Source: Actinomycetales bacterium Ga0077552
GTDB lineage: Bacteria > Actinomycetota > Actinomycetes > Actinomycetales > Microbacteriaceae
Reading direction: 5' to 3'
Length of the DNA stretch: 44,615 nucleotides
Assembly: GCA_001464255.1 (NCBI GenBank)
Contig: LNFD01000192.1
Span: forward strand, 1-44,615
Positions within the stretch are counted from its first letter, which is position 1. Every line of letters begins with the position of its first letter. The notes under the pieces were generated by a model. The model saw only the letters and a list, made by a program, of their open reading frames with translations. It did no database searches and was not told where the DNA came from. This document shows positions 9,448-18,052 of this stretch, piece after piece. The translations under genes were made by a program, and so were the position numbers.

Positions 9448-10500
9448 TCAGCCTCCCATCGCTTCGAGCTGGGCCTTCTCGGCCGGTGTCAGGGGGCTGC
9501 GGTCAGCCTCCGGGATGAGTTCGTGAGCGGGCTTGCTCGGCGGTCCGCCCGTGCTCGGTCGCGTGCTCGAAGCCGCGTACTTCGCCGGGTCCTCCGCGAT
9601 CCACGCCCACGGCACGCGGTGCTTGAGCAGCCGCGCCGTCGAGTAGGCGCCCTCGACGCAGCGCACGGCGGCGACCTCCGGGTCAGGCTGGGACAGGCAC
9701 CATGCCGCGGTCTCGTCGATGGCCGACCGAGCGGCGCTGTGGCCCTGCCAGAGGTCCCTGAACGCCCCCTCGTACGCCTTGGCGTAGAGCCCGATGAGCC
9801 GGGTAGCCATCGACGCCTTCGAGGCGGCGCGCTCGACCAGCGCCTCGCCAGGGTCCACCGGTGCCATGGGCGCCGCCTGAGCCGGGGCGACGACGGGGAC
9901 CGGTCTCGGATGGACCTCGACGTCCGACGGGACGGGGGGGGCCGGCGCGTCAGCGCCCTCTCCCCCTCTCTCAGAGGTCTTAGGTCTTATGTCTTCTGTC
10001 TTCGCGCGAGAGACTCCGTCCGCCGTCTTCGGTTTGTCCTGCCGACGTCCTTCGGACGTCTTGAGGACGTCCGAAGGACGTCCGGCGGACGTCGCTTCGC
10101 GCTTGGCCGCTTCCTCCGCCCTCTTCAGGCGCTTCTTCTCGGCGTCGGCCGCCTTTGAGTCGGCCCATTCGGCCGCGGTGATGTTCGAGTCGGCGAACCC
10201 GTGGATGGCCGAATCGACCACGAGGTCGTTGGTCTCGAGCTCCGCGAGCGCGGACGCGCGGTCCTTCGGAGAGCACGACGCGGCGACGAGCACGACGGTC
10301 GTCGAACTCACCCGGCCATCGGTCTCCTGGTCGATCGCGTAGCTGAGGAGCGAGGCCCAGAGGCCTCGCGCGGCGAGCGAGAGCGGCTCGTAGACCTTCC
10401 CCTTGTGCGGCCCGCCGGCCACCTTCGGGTGACGCCAGAGGTCGCCATGAAGGGCCGCGTAGCGTCCCTTCCTCTTGCTGGTGCTCTTCTCGGTGCTCAC
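9448..10500 (-). CDS. Phage replication initiator (lambda O-like architecture)
   Basis: Start GTG 10500; N-terminal WRHPKV..LSLAARGLW..YA..QETDG wHTH-like domain; internal iterons; upstream of the DnaC-like gene. Confidence 0.75.
   Translation of the reverse strand: MSTEKSTSKRKGRYAALHGDLWRHPKVAGGPHKGKVYEPLSLAARGLWASLLSYAIDQETDGRVSSTTVVLVAASCSPKDRASALAELETNDLVVDSAIHGFADSNITAAEWADSKAADAEKKRLKRAEEAAKREATSAGRPSDVLKTSEGRRQDKPKTADGVSRAKTEDIRPKTSERGGEGADAPAPPVPSDVEVHPRPVPVVAPAQAAPMAPVDPGEALVERAASKASMATRLIGLYAKAYEGAFRDLWQGHSAARSAIDETAAWCLSQPDPEVAAVRCVEGAYSTARLLKHRVPWAWIAEDPAKYAASSTRPSTGGPPSKPAHELIPEADRSPLTPAEKAQLEAMGG
9976..10093. repeat. Putative replication origin: five GACGTC at exact 11-bp spacing plus four 7-bp KGTCTTM repeats
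   Basis: GACGTC at 10044, 10055, 10066, 10077 and 10088; GGTCTTA x2 and TGTCTTC x2 at 9976-10003; inside the initiator gene. Confidence 0.7.
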
Positions 10501-11081
10501 GGGGCACACCTCGCCAGGATCTCGCCGTTCACCTCGACCACCTCCACCACCACCACGCCGGCCTTGCGGAGCGCGCGCTCGACACGGGACCGGGCTGCCG
10601 TCCTCGCCCGCTCCTCGGCGGCTGACCCGCCAGGCCCGCCCATCTCGATCGCCTCGGCGAGGGACTTCGTCCTCAGGCGCATCCGAAGGGCGTCGTAGGA
10701 GATCCCCAGCCGTCGAGCCCAGCCGGCCCGGGTGAGGCGTTCGCCCTTGTAGGCGTACCGGCGACCGTCGACTGCAGGGCTCGTCCCACGGTGCATCAGG
10801 ACGCCGCGCAGCTCGAGCTTGGTGGAGGCGGACTCCGAGGCGCTCGGGGCGGCGCGGCTTGGTGCACCTAGGACCACGAGCTGCTCGCCGTCGGGCCAGG
10901 CCGTGGGCGCCTCGCCGCGGGCGTGGGCTGCGCCGACGGGGCACCGATGGCACGCGTCGGCCGCGATGACCTTCGCCCGGAGGCCGCCGCTCACGTCGGG
11001 ATCGGACCGGCGGTGCTTTGCGGCGCACGCTTCGCGCGAGAGGGTCGCGCTGAGGGGGCGGCAGCGGAAGTGCTCGGTCAT
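10497..11081 (-). CDS. Cys/His-domain plus HTH protein, paralog of 5792..6865
   Basis: FRCRPLSATL..C..KH..CHRCPVGAAHARGE.P..WPDG followed by YKGERLTRAGWARRLGISYDALRMRL. Confidence 0.75.
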   Translation of the reverse strand: MTEHFRCRPLSATLSREACAAKHRRSDPDVSGGLRAKVIAADACHRCPVGAAHARGEAPTAWPDGEQLVVLGAPSRAAPSASESASTKLELRGVLMHRGTSPAVDGRRYAYKGERLTRAGWARRLGISYDALRMRLRTKSLAEAIEMGGPGGSAAEERARTAARSRVERALRKAGVVVVEVVEVNGEILARCAP

Positions 11082-11320
11082 CGGCCACCCAAAGGTGAGT
11101 AGCCAAAGACGGGCTGCTCCGGCCTCGCCGTGAAGGCGAGGTAGAGGCCGAAGACGCGCCGAAAGCTCGCGCGGTCTAGCTTGACCCCGCGCCCAGCGAG
11201 CTTGTCGTAGAGCGCTTCGCGCTCTGAGAACTCGAAGCCGGCGCTCGTGCCGAGAAGCATGTCGACGTAGTGCGGCCCGGGATCAGGCCACGGCGCGCCG
11301 GTGAAGAGGTGGGTCACCAT
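11078..11320 (-). CDS. Hypothetical protein
   Basis: 80 aa, overlaps both neighbours. Confidence 0.55.
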   Translation of the reverse strand: MVTHLFTGAPWPDPGPHYVDMLLGTSAGFEFSEREALYDKLAGRGVKLDRASFRRVFGLYLAFTARPEQPVFGYSPLGGR

Positions 11321-11604
11321 ACGTCCTCCGAGTAGAGGTCCGGCAGTCCGTGGCTGCGCCCGGGGACGTTGAGAAGCTGGCCCGCGACCTCGGCGATGCG
11401 CTTCGCCTCACCACGGTCGACGTAGCGCCCAGCATTGGTCAGGAAGCCGCTCTCGTGCTCGCGGAGGCGTCCGTTGAGACCATCCTTGAAGTGGGCGCTG
11501 CACCACGCGTGCACGAGGACGTGGTGGCGGGCGGGGGCGGGCAGCGCCCAGACCTCGCCATTCACGCGGATCGCCGCATGGGTGATTCGCTCGCGCTCAG
11601 TCAT
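11314..11604 (-). CDS. Conserved phage hypothetical protein
   Basis: GFLTNAGRYVDRGEA..IA..AGQ..LYSEDVW pattern, recognised as a recurrent small phage protein; ATG 11604. Confidence 0.7.
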   Translation of the reverse strand: MTERERITHAAIRVNGEVWALPAPARHHVLVHAWCSAHFKDGLNGRLREHESGFLTNAGRYVDRGEAKRIAEVAGQLLNVPGRSHGLPDLYSEDVW

Positions 11605-12422
11605 GACGCAACCTCGGGCAGCGTCGTCTGCACCACCTCGCGCTCGCTTGTCGTCGCACGGATCACGAGCTGCTCGCGTGTGGCCCAGATGCGGTCGGCC
11701 GCGCGGCGTGCACGCGCCTCGTCGATGTCGCCCCCAACGAAGAGGCGTGCGAGGCGCCGCGCTGCGACCCCCGTCGTCCCGCACCCGCACACGGGATCGA
11801 TGACGATGTCCCCGGGCCGCGAGTAGTCCGAGACGATCTCGCTCATGAGGTAGGAGCTCTTGCCGCCGGTGACCTCCGCGTCGTTTGCCACTCCGACCGG
11901 CAGTCGGTAGTCGCTGCGCGTCGTGCCCCACCCGGCGAACTCCTTGTTGCGCGGGCGCGCGACGACGAGCCAGGTCGTGCACGAGCTCGGCCCATCCCCG
12001 CGGCGGCGCACGGTCTGACCGGGCACCACGACGGGCAACGGGGCGAAGGGGTAGAGGCCGGCCGCCTCGAGCTCCCTCTCCCATGCTCGAGCGAGGATGT
12101 GGTCCGTGAGCACGCACCACCACCCGCGAACGAAGGGAGCCCACGTGTCGACGAAGCGCTCGACGTCGAGCGCGCGCCAAGCGGCGTAGGGGAGGAGCGC
12201 GCGGTCCACACCATCGGCGTTGGGGCCCGCGTCGTGACCCTTGTGCACGCGCTCGGAGTACGGCGGATCGATGCACATCAGGTCGCCGAACGTGCCGTCG
12301 GGTCGGTTGCCGAGCGGGCTGCCCGCCATCCAGCGGTCGAGCAGGTCGAACTGCTGGACCCACGGCGCATGCATCACCGCAGCGTGGTCGGTCGTCATGA
12401 TGATCGAGGCCGGCTTGCTCAT
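11601..12422 (-). CDS. DNA amino-methyltransferase (N6A/N4C, beta-type motif order)
   Basis: Catalytic DPPY precedes SAM-binding DPVCGCGTTG..GGDID; ATG 12422. Confidence 0.85.
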   Translation of the reverse strand: MSKPASIIMTTDHAAVMHAPWVQQFDLLDRWMAGSPLGNRPDGTFGDLMCIDPPYSERVHKGHDAGPNADGVDRALLPYAAWRALDVERFVDTWAPFVRGWWCVLTDHILARAWERELEAAGLYPFAPLPVVVPGQTVRRRGDGPSSCTTWLVVARPRNKEFAGWGTTRSDYRLPVGVANDAEVTGGKSSYLMSEIVSDYSRPGDIVIDPVCGCGTTGVAARRLARLFVGGDIDEARARRAADRIWATREQLVIRATTSEREVVQTTLPEVAS

Positions 12423-13333
12423 TGCGCCGTTCCCGCCAGGAGGTCCGAGAGCGAGCGCTGGCCACTGACCGCCTGCGCGCTCCTCAGGTGGCCGATCGCC
12501 TTGTCGAAATAGGCATCCTTGAGCTCGGCGCCAACGAAGCGTCGCCCAGCCTTCAGCGTCTCGACGCCCTCGCTCCCGATGCCAGCGAAGGGAGAGAAGA
12601 CGACGTCGCCCGGGTTCGACCAGAGCTTCACGCACCGCTCGATGAGGTCCAGCTGGAGAGGGCAGAGGTGCTTCTCGTCGCGGTCGTCACGCGCGACGGC
12701 GACGTTCAGCACGTTGGTCTGGTCGATGTCCATCCACACCGGCGAGGCCCACTCCTGCCACTGCTTGAGCGGGAAGGACTCGGGCGTGTGCGTGACGGGG
12801 CTGATCTCCTCGCCCTCCGCGGCCCATCGACGAAAGACGAGCACGTACTCCGCGAGGCCCTGTCGCGAGAACGAACTGTCGGTGCGGAGCTGCTTGTAGA
12901 GCAGCCCGTGCGACTTGGTCCTCTGCATCTCGGTGACGGGGCACTTCCACACCGTCACGCGCGAGTGGTACTTCCATCCGGCCGCCTCGTGGATGCGGAT
13001 CAGCTCGCCCGGGAAGTCGCGGAGGCCCGCGCGACCGTCGCGTCCCTGGTAGTCCACGAGGTCCTTGCAGTGCACCGCGCACAGTCGCCCCGGGCGCGTG
13101 ATGCGAAGGACCTCTGATGCGAGGAACGCGTAGTTCTGGAGGAACTGGCGATCATCGACCGAGTTGCCCATGTCGCGCTCGCTGTCGCTGTACGTGTAGA
13201 GGTTGCTGAACGGCGGCGAGTAGACGCTGAGGCCCACGCTCTTCTCTGGCAGCGCGCGCGCGACCTCGACGCAGTCACCGTTGTAGAGATGCCAGTTCTC
13301 GCCGCTCGCCTGATTCAGTACCCGGATGCTCAT
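12419..13333 (-). CDS. DNA amino-methyltransferase (N4C/N6A, beta-type motif order)
   Basis: NGDC, SPPF, HLCPLQL and SPFAGIGSEG..GAEL motifs; ATG 13333. Confidence 0.9.
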   Translation of the reverse strand: MSIRVLNQASGENWHLYNGDCVEVARALPEKSVGLSVYSPPFSNLYTYSDSERDMGNSVDDRQFLQNYAFLASEVLRITRPGRLCAVHCKDLVDYQGRDGRAGLRDFPGELIRIHEAAGWKYHSRVTVWKCPVTEMQRTKSHGLLYKQLRTDSSFSRQGLAEYVLVFRRWAAEGEEISPVTHTPESFPLKQWQEWASPVWMDIDQTNVLNVAVARDDRDEKHLCPLQLDLIERCVKLWSNPGDVVFSPFAGIGSEGVETLKAGRRFVGAELKDAYFDKAIGHLRSAQAVSGQRSLSDLLAGTAQ

Positions 13334-14730
13334 GCCGCGCTCCTCTCGCTCCTCAGCCACTTCGGGATCGCCATCGGCACCGACGGCGCGTAGGCCACTC
13401 GCGGGCTCGACTTCGACTGCGCACGCCGCATCGCGCTCGCCATTCCGGACCGCATCTCGTCGTGCGCGACCTGCTTGGCGTAGAGCGCGTCCCACATCAC
13501 ACGCTCGGTCGAGGCCATCACCACGTACACGTCGACGGGGCGCTTCTGCCCGAATCGATAGGACCGTCGGACCGCCTGGTAGAAGAGCTCGTAGCTCCAC
13601 GTCGCGCCGCTGAAGACCTGCCGCGCGGCGTGCTGCCAGTTCATGCCCCACCCGAAGACGGATGGCTTTGAAAGCAGTATCCGAGTCTCGCCCGCAGCGA
13701 ACGCGAGCGACGCGGCTTCCTTCCGCTCGAGCGGGTGCGAGCCGCGAACCTCGACGGCCTCGGGGATGGCCTTCGCGAGCGCCTCCGACTCGTAGTCCGT
13801 GTCGCACCAGACGATCCACGTCTCGTCGGGCTCGGCGGCAACCAGCTCTGCGACGCGAGCCACGCGGTCGGCCAGCGTGCGGCGCTTCTCTTTGTGGATG
13901 GAGGTGGCCGACGTCTCGACGACGCGGAAGATCGACCCGACCTCCGCGCCTGCGGTGAGGTCCACGTCCACCCAGCTGGGGATCACCCGCAGCGGAGGGA
14001 GCACGTAGCCTTCGTCGCTGTGGCCAAGGTCCGACGGGAGCGCGCAGCACACGGCCCACGACGCCACCCAATCCCAGAACGACTCGACCGCGTGGCCCTT
14101 CAATCGATACGTGCCGAAGTTCGCCGTGTCGTTGATGAACCAGCGAGTCAGCATGTCCGAGCCCTGCATCACACCCAGGAACTCCGAGTGATTGCCGATC
14201 TCCATGTGGTCGTTCGGGGCGGGCATCGCCGTGCACGCGAGCCGGTACTCGACGGGAGCGCAGCGCCGCACGAGCTCGCGCTTCGTCTTGCCCATGAACG
14301 CCTTGAGGATCGACGACTCGTCGAGCACGACGCCGCCCATCGACTCCACCGGGAGGTCCTCGAGTCGCTCGTAGTTCGAGATGAGGATCGGCGACGAAGC
14401 CAGCGCCACCTCTTCGGCGTTGCGGACGTAGGTGATGCTCACGCCGAGGAGCACACCCTCGGCGATGGTCTGCGTGCTCACCGCGAGCGGGGCGAGGATG
14501 AGGACGGGTCGCCCAGTGTGGGCCGCTACCCAGCGCGCCCACTCGACCTGCATGGCAGTCTTGCCCAGCCCGCAACCGGCGAAGATGGCGGCGCGCCCGA
14601 GGTTCAGCGCCCACTCGACGATCTCACGCTGGAACGCGAAGAGGCGCTCATGGACGCTGCCGTGCGGCACGGGGCGCGCCTCCACCGAGGTGGTGAGCTT
14701 CTCCGCGAGCCACGACTCGTAGGAGGTCAT
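13330..14730 (-). CDS. SNF2-like superfamily 2 helicase
   Basis: FAFQ, GCGLGKT, LDESS, TAMP, GWGMNWQ and QAVRRSYRFGQ motifs; ATG 14730. Confidence 0.9.
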   Translation of the reverse strand: MTSYESWLAEKLTTSVEARPVPHGSVHERLFAFQREIVEWALNLGRAAIFAGCGLGKTAMQVEWARWVAAHTGRPVLILAPLAVSTQTIAEGVLLGVSITYVRNAEEVALASSPILISNYERLEDLPVESMGGVVLDESSILKAFMGKTKRELVRRCAPVEYRLACTAMPAPNDHMEIGNHSEFLGVMQGSDMLTRWFINDTANFGTYRLKGHAVESFWDWVASWAVCCALPSDLGHSDEGYVLPPLRVIPSWVDVDLTAGAEVGSIFRVVETSATSIHKEKRRTLADRVARVAELVAAEPDETWIVWCDTDYESEALAKAIPEAVEVRGSHPLERKEAASLAFAAGETRILLSKPSVFGWGMNWQHAARQVFSGATWSYELFYQAVRRSYRFGQKRPVDVYVVMASTERVMWDALYAKQVAHDEMRSGMASAMRRAQSKSSPRVAYAPSVPMAIPKWLRSERSAA

Positions 14731-15323
14731 CGCGACACCGGGAGCAGCGGGCCGTTCTTCAAGCGCTCGATCGAGACGCGGTTGAACTTCCGTCGGACCG
14801 CCGCGCCGAGGTCCACGTCGGCGCGCGCACAGAGCAGGTCGAGATAGATGACGACGTCGGCTGCCTCGTCGGCAAGATGGTCGACGGTCGTCTCGGGGAT
14901 TGCGTGGCTGTTCCCGCGCTCGTCTGCGCGGCGGCGGATGTTCTTTACGACGCCTGCCAGCTCTCCCAGCTCGCCCGCCACCGCCGTGAGCCAGTCGGAG
15001 AACGACCATGCGTCAACGGGGTGGTAGTGCTCCTCGCACCGGGCGACGTTGGTGGCTCGAAGGTCCGCGAAGCTCAGCGCATCGCGGCGCCCGGAGACGG
15101 GCTCGACGAGGGTCGAGTCCGTGGGGTGCCCGGCCTCGCCCTGGACACCGCGTCCAGTCGAGCCCGTCTCCGGATTCCCGAGCAGGCTCAGCTCACGCCT
15201 CAGCGCGGCGACCTCGGACTCGAGCTTCGCGGCTCGCTCTTCTGCCATCTCGGCGCGAACTTCGGCGGACGCGAGCTGCACGCTCACATCGCGCATGGCC
15301 GCGAGGCGCGGGTCGAGGCTCAT
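14727..15323 (-). CDS. Coiled coil fused to a MazG-like nucleotide pyrophosphohydrolase
   Basis: GELGEL...DEAADV..YL (ExxE..ExxD) and RKFN. Confidence 0.8.
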   Translation of the reverse strand: MSLDPRLAAMRDVSVQLASAEVRAEMAEERAAKLESEVAALRRELSLLGNPETGSTGRGVQGEAGHPTDSTLVEPVSGRRDALSFADLRATNVARCEEHYHPVDAWSFSDWLTAVAGELGELAGVVKNIRRRADERGNSHAIPETTVDHLADEAADVVIYLDLLCARADVDLGAAVRRKFNRVSIERLKNGPLLPVSR

Positions 15324-15868
15324 TGGACCCTCGCCGGCCCGGGGACCGCGATCACACGCTCGCGCTGCGCCAGCCTGGCGAGCTCGCGGAGAGCGAGGAG
15401 CTTGGCGATGGCGACGTCACACGACGACTCGAGCGCCGCGCCCTTGAAGGCGTCTAGATAGCCATCGGACGCACCGTCGAGCGCCTGGGAGACAGCGAGC
15501 GACGTGCTGCGCTGGCACTGGGCGATGAGCTCGGGCGGGATCGCGCCGGCCTCGACGTCGACACCCACGCGGAGGACGCAGTAGCCGTCGCCCACGATCC
15601 ACTGCGCCAGGATCCGACGCGCCTCGTCGGGCAGCATCGATGCGCGGGCCACGTCGAGCGCGCGGCCGTGCTCCGGGTCGCACATCGTAGAGATCAGAGT
15701 GGGACTCCCGCCGACCGACGCGGCCACGACAGGTCGCGTGAGCGATGGGTCGGCCGCCTGCGCGGCCAGGAGGGCGTCGGCGAGCACGCACGACGCCTCC
15801 GCCCGTCGCAGCTCGAGCTCCTCCTTCGGATCTCGACTGCACCTGCGCTCAGTGATTTTCCCCGTCAT
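15320..15868 (-). CDS. CII-like phage regulator
   Basis: N-terminal HTH-like VAASVGGSPTLIS; C-terminal ALDGASDGYLD; SD AAGGAG before ATG 15868; downstream of cro. Confidence 0.5.
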   Translation of the reverse strand: MTGKITERRCSRDPKEELELRRAEASCVLADALLAAQAADPSLTRPVVAASVGGSPTLISTMCDPEHGRALDVARASMLPDEARRILAQWIVGDGYCVLRVGVDVEAGAIPPELIAQCQRSTSLAVSQALDGASDGYLDAFKGAALESSCDVAIAKLLALRELARLAQRERVIAVPGPARVQ

Positions 15869-16029
15869 CGTCGACACTCCTTCTCGGTTTCAGCGTCACC
15901 ATCCGTGGGATGCATGCGCACCCAATCCTCTTCCTCGGCCCGCATCGCACGACGCGAGGTCCACACCCCAAGAGCCGCCCACCCAAGCCAGAAGGAGAAC
16001 AGGCCGACGGCGCAGCAAAGCTCAGCCAT
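15865..16029 (-). CDS. Small membrane protein
   Basis: Hydrophobic N-terminus; SD GGAGGG; coupled to the next gene. Confidence 0.5.
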   Translation of the reverse strand: MAELCCAVGLFSFWLGWAALGVWTSRRAMRAEEEDWVRMHPTDGDAETEKECRR

Positions 16030-16366
16030 GCGCCCCTCCGCCGTCCGAAAGGAGCCACCGCAAGAGAGCGACGCTCGCCTGTTCGTAGAGCGCACGGGCC
16101 TCATCAGCGGCGCCCACGGCCTCGCGCGTGTGTCCCGCCTCGATCATCTCGATGGCGAGGGCTCGCATCTCGAGCGCACGGTCGACCCGCCACCGCACGC
16201 CGAGCGGCGTCAACAGGCCGGCGAGGAGCGCATCCGCGGCCATGACCCACGCGCAGTCGCGGAGCACACGGGACTCGTCGTCCAGGTCCTCGTCGGGGAC
16301 CGAGGTCAGATCGCGAGCCAGGGCGACGCGATCGCGAAACCGCCTGAGAGCCAGCTCGCCAGCCAT
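16022..16366 (-). CDS. Hypothetical protein
   Basis: 114 aa, abuts both neighbours. Confidence 0.55.
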   Translation of the reverse strand: MAGELALRRFRDRVALARDLTSVPDEDLDDESRVLRDCAWVMAADALLAGLLTPLGVRWRVDRALEMRALAIEMIEAGHTREAVGAADEARALYEQASVALLRWLLSDGGGAHG

Positions 16367-16639
16367 CTACGCGGCCCTCCCGAAGATGCGGGTGAAGCGT
16401 CGGCGAGCCTGCGCAGCATCGGCGGCGCCCATCTCGGCAGCGATGTGCTCCACCAGCTCGACAGCCGAGCGCCACGGGCGAGCGCCAGCGGCCGACGGGC
16501 ATCCGCGTTCGGCCCACCAGCGGCAGAGGGCCTCGGCGCGGCGCGCCTCGGGGGCCGACGTGGCCCGAGCGGTAGCGCTCGATGCGCCGACGACGACTGC
16601 GACGAGATACCCGTCGCGGGTGACCGACACGGGCAGCAT
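16367..16639 (-). CDS. Hypothetical protein
   Basis: Start overlaps the cro stop. Confidence 0.5.
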   Translation of the reverse strand: MLPVSVTRDGYLVAVVVGASSATARATSAPEARRAEALCRWWAERGCPSAAGARPWRSAVELVEHIAAEMGAADAAQARRRFTRIFGRAA

Positions 16640-16869
16640 CACACCGCCTTGCGCTGGGCGCGGGCCTTGCCGAGCAGCAGCTCGTCGGTGGTGACCCCGC
16701 ACGCCCGGGCGATGGCCGTGATCGTCGACGCCCTCGGAGCGCACTCGGCGCGCTCGATCTTCGAGAGGCTCGACTGCTCGATGCGGGCCTTCTTGGCGAG
16801 CTCTACCTGGGTGAGCCGCGCCTTCTTCCGCGCGCTCCTGACCCGAGCTCCAACGGCTGATGCTTCCAT
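16639..16869 (-). CDS. Cro-like XRE HTH regulator
   Basis: VRSARKKARLTQVELAKKARIEQSSLSKIER; divergent from the repressor. Confidence 0.9.
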   Translation of the reverse strand: MEASAVGARVRSARKKARLTQVELAKKARIEQSSLSKIERAECAPRASTITAIARACGVTTDELLLGKARAQRKAV

Positions 16870-16877
16870 GACTGCGG

Positions 16878-16938
16878 AGCCTAGTCGCTCGCGCCTAGTC
16901 GGTCAATAGGATCTTGCGATGTCCTTCGCGCCTATTGA
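16878..16938 (-). promoter_or_regulatory. Leftward sigma70-like promoter with putative operator repeats
   Basis: TTGACC (16906-16901), 17 bp, TAGGCT (16883-16878); GCCTAGTCG twice; inverted pair TCAATAGG (16903) and CCTATTGA (16931). Confidence 0.65.
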
Positions 16939-16969
16939 GATTCGCTCAGCGCCATGGCGTGATTCCGTC

Positions 16970-17422
16970 GTGGCCGACAAGCCGAACGAAGAGGTGGGCC
17001 GGCGCCTGAAGGCGTACCGCGAGGCGGCGGGCCTCAAGCAAGACGAGGCGGCTGAGGCCGCGGACATCAAGCCCATCACGCTCTCGCGATACGAGCGCGG
17101 CGTCGTGGCGGCCCTGAACACCGACACGCTGAAGAAGCTCGGCCACCTCTACGGCAAGACCGTCGACCAGATCATGGGCGAGACGGCCGCGGGAGGTGTG
17201 GAGATCGACGCGCCGCGCTCCCCGTATCCCGAGGTCGAGGCGTTCATCGCTGACGAGGAGCGCGCAGGCCGGCCTATCGACGCGAGCCATCTGACCGAGC
17301 TACGGGGCGTCCGGTTCTACCGCGCGACCGTCCTCTCCCCCTACGAAACAGCTGCGTCGTTGCTCGCCAGCCTTCGAGCGCGGGAGCGCGGCAAGGGCGC
17401 GCCGAAGCGGCCAGTGAGGTAG
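16970..17422 (+). CDS. Phage repressor (XRE HTH, ImmR-like; start 16970 or 16919)
   Basis: LKAYREAAGLKQDEAAEAADIKPITLSRYERG; no S24 peptidase domain visible; followed by an ImmA-like gene. Confidence 0.85.
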   Translation: MADKPNEEVGRRLKAYREAAGLKQDEAAEAADIKPITLSRYERGVVAALNTDTLKKLGHLYGKTVDQIMGETAAGGVEIDAPRSPYPEVEAFIADEERAGRPIDASHLTELRGVRFYRATVLSPYETAASLLASLRARERGKGAPKRPVR

Positions 17423-17458
17423 CTGTCAGTCGATCCGTCGGCAGGCGTCGATCGCCGC

Positions 17459-18052
17459 GTGCTGCCCACCCTGGAGGGGATCGCCCATGAGTTGCTCTCG
17501 CTCGCGTCCATCGACTGCCCGATCAACGCGATCGATCTGGCGGAGACTCTCGGCGTCGAGGTCTGCTACTCGGACGTAGGGGAGACGCTCCTGATGGGAG
17601 AGACGATCTTCGTACCCCGTCGGGTCCGGCTCCGCCGTCTCCACTGGCTCATCGCGCACGAGCTCGGGCACTGGGCAGCTCGAGGTGGCGGGGCTGACAG
17701 CGCATGCTGCCGGGTGGCGAACTACCTCGGCGGCGCGCTCCTCCTGCCGCGGTCGACCTTGTGCCGTCAGCTACGCGACGGGTGGGACCTTGAGCGACTG
17801 TGCGCCGAACATCCGCACGCGCCCGCACATGCGATCGCCGTCCGCATCGTCCAGCTTCGCGGAGCTCGCGCCGCGGTCTACGACCAAGGCCGGGTGAGCC
17901 GACGGTGGGGCGAACCGCTGCGCGACGAGCGCGGAATGGTCGACGAGGCTCTGGCGACGGGGCGCCCCGTGCGCGTCGACGACCTCACTGGGGCGTGGCC
18001 CGTGATCGACGGGCCTTGGCGACGAGTGATCGTGCTGGGCGAGGGCCTCTAA
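17459..18052 (+). CDS. ImmA/IrrE-family metallopeptidase (anti-repressor)
   Basis: IAHELGH (HExxH) and ANYLGGALLLP; adjacent to the repressor. Confidence 0.85.
   Translation: MLPTLEGIAHELLSLASIDCPINAIDLAETLGVEVCYSDVGETLLMGETIFVPRRVRLRRLHWLIAHELGHWAARGGGADSACCRVANYLGGALLLPRSTLCRQLRDGWDLERLCAEHPHAPAHAIAVRIVQLRGARAAVYDQGRVSRRWGEPLRDERGMVDEALATGRPVRVDDLTGAWPVIDGPWRRVIVLGEGL

Noticed and set aside
11601-14730. Restriction-modification or DISARM/BREX-type defence locus
   Set aside because: No nuclease or other system components; the genes are embedded in a phage early operon.
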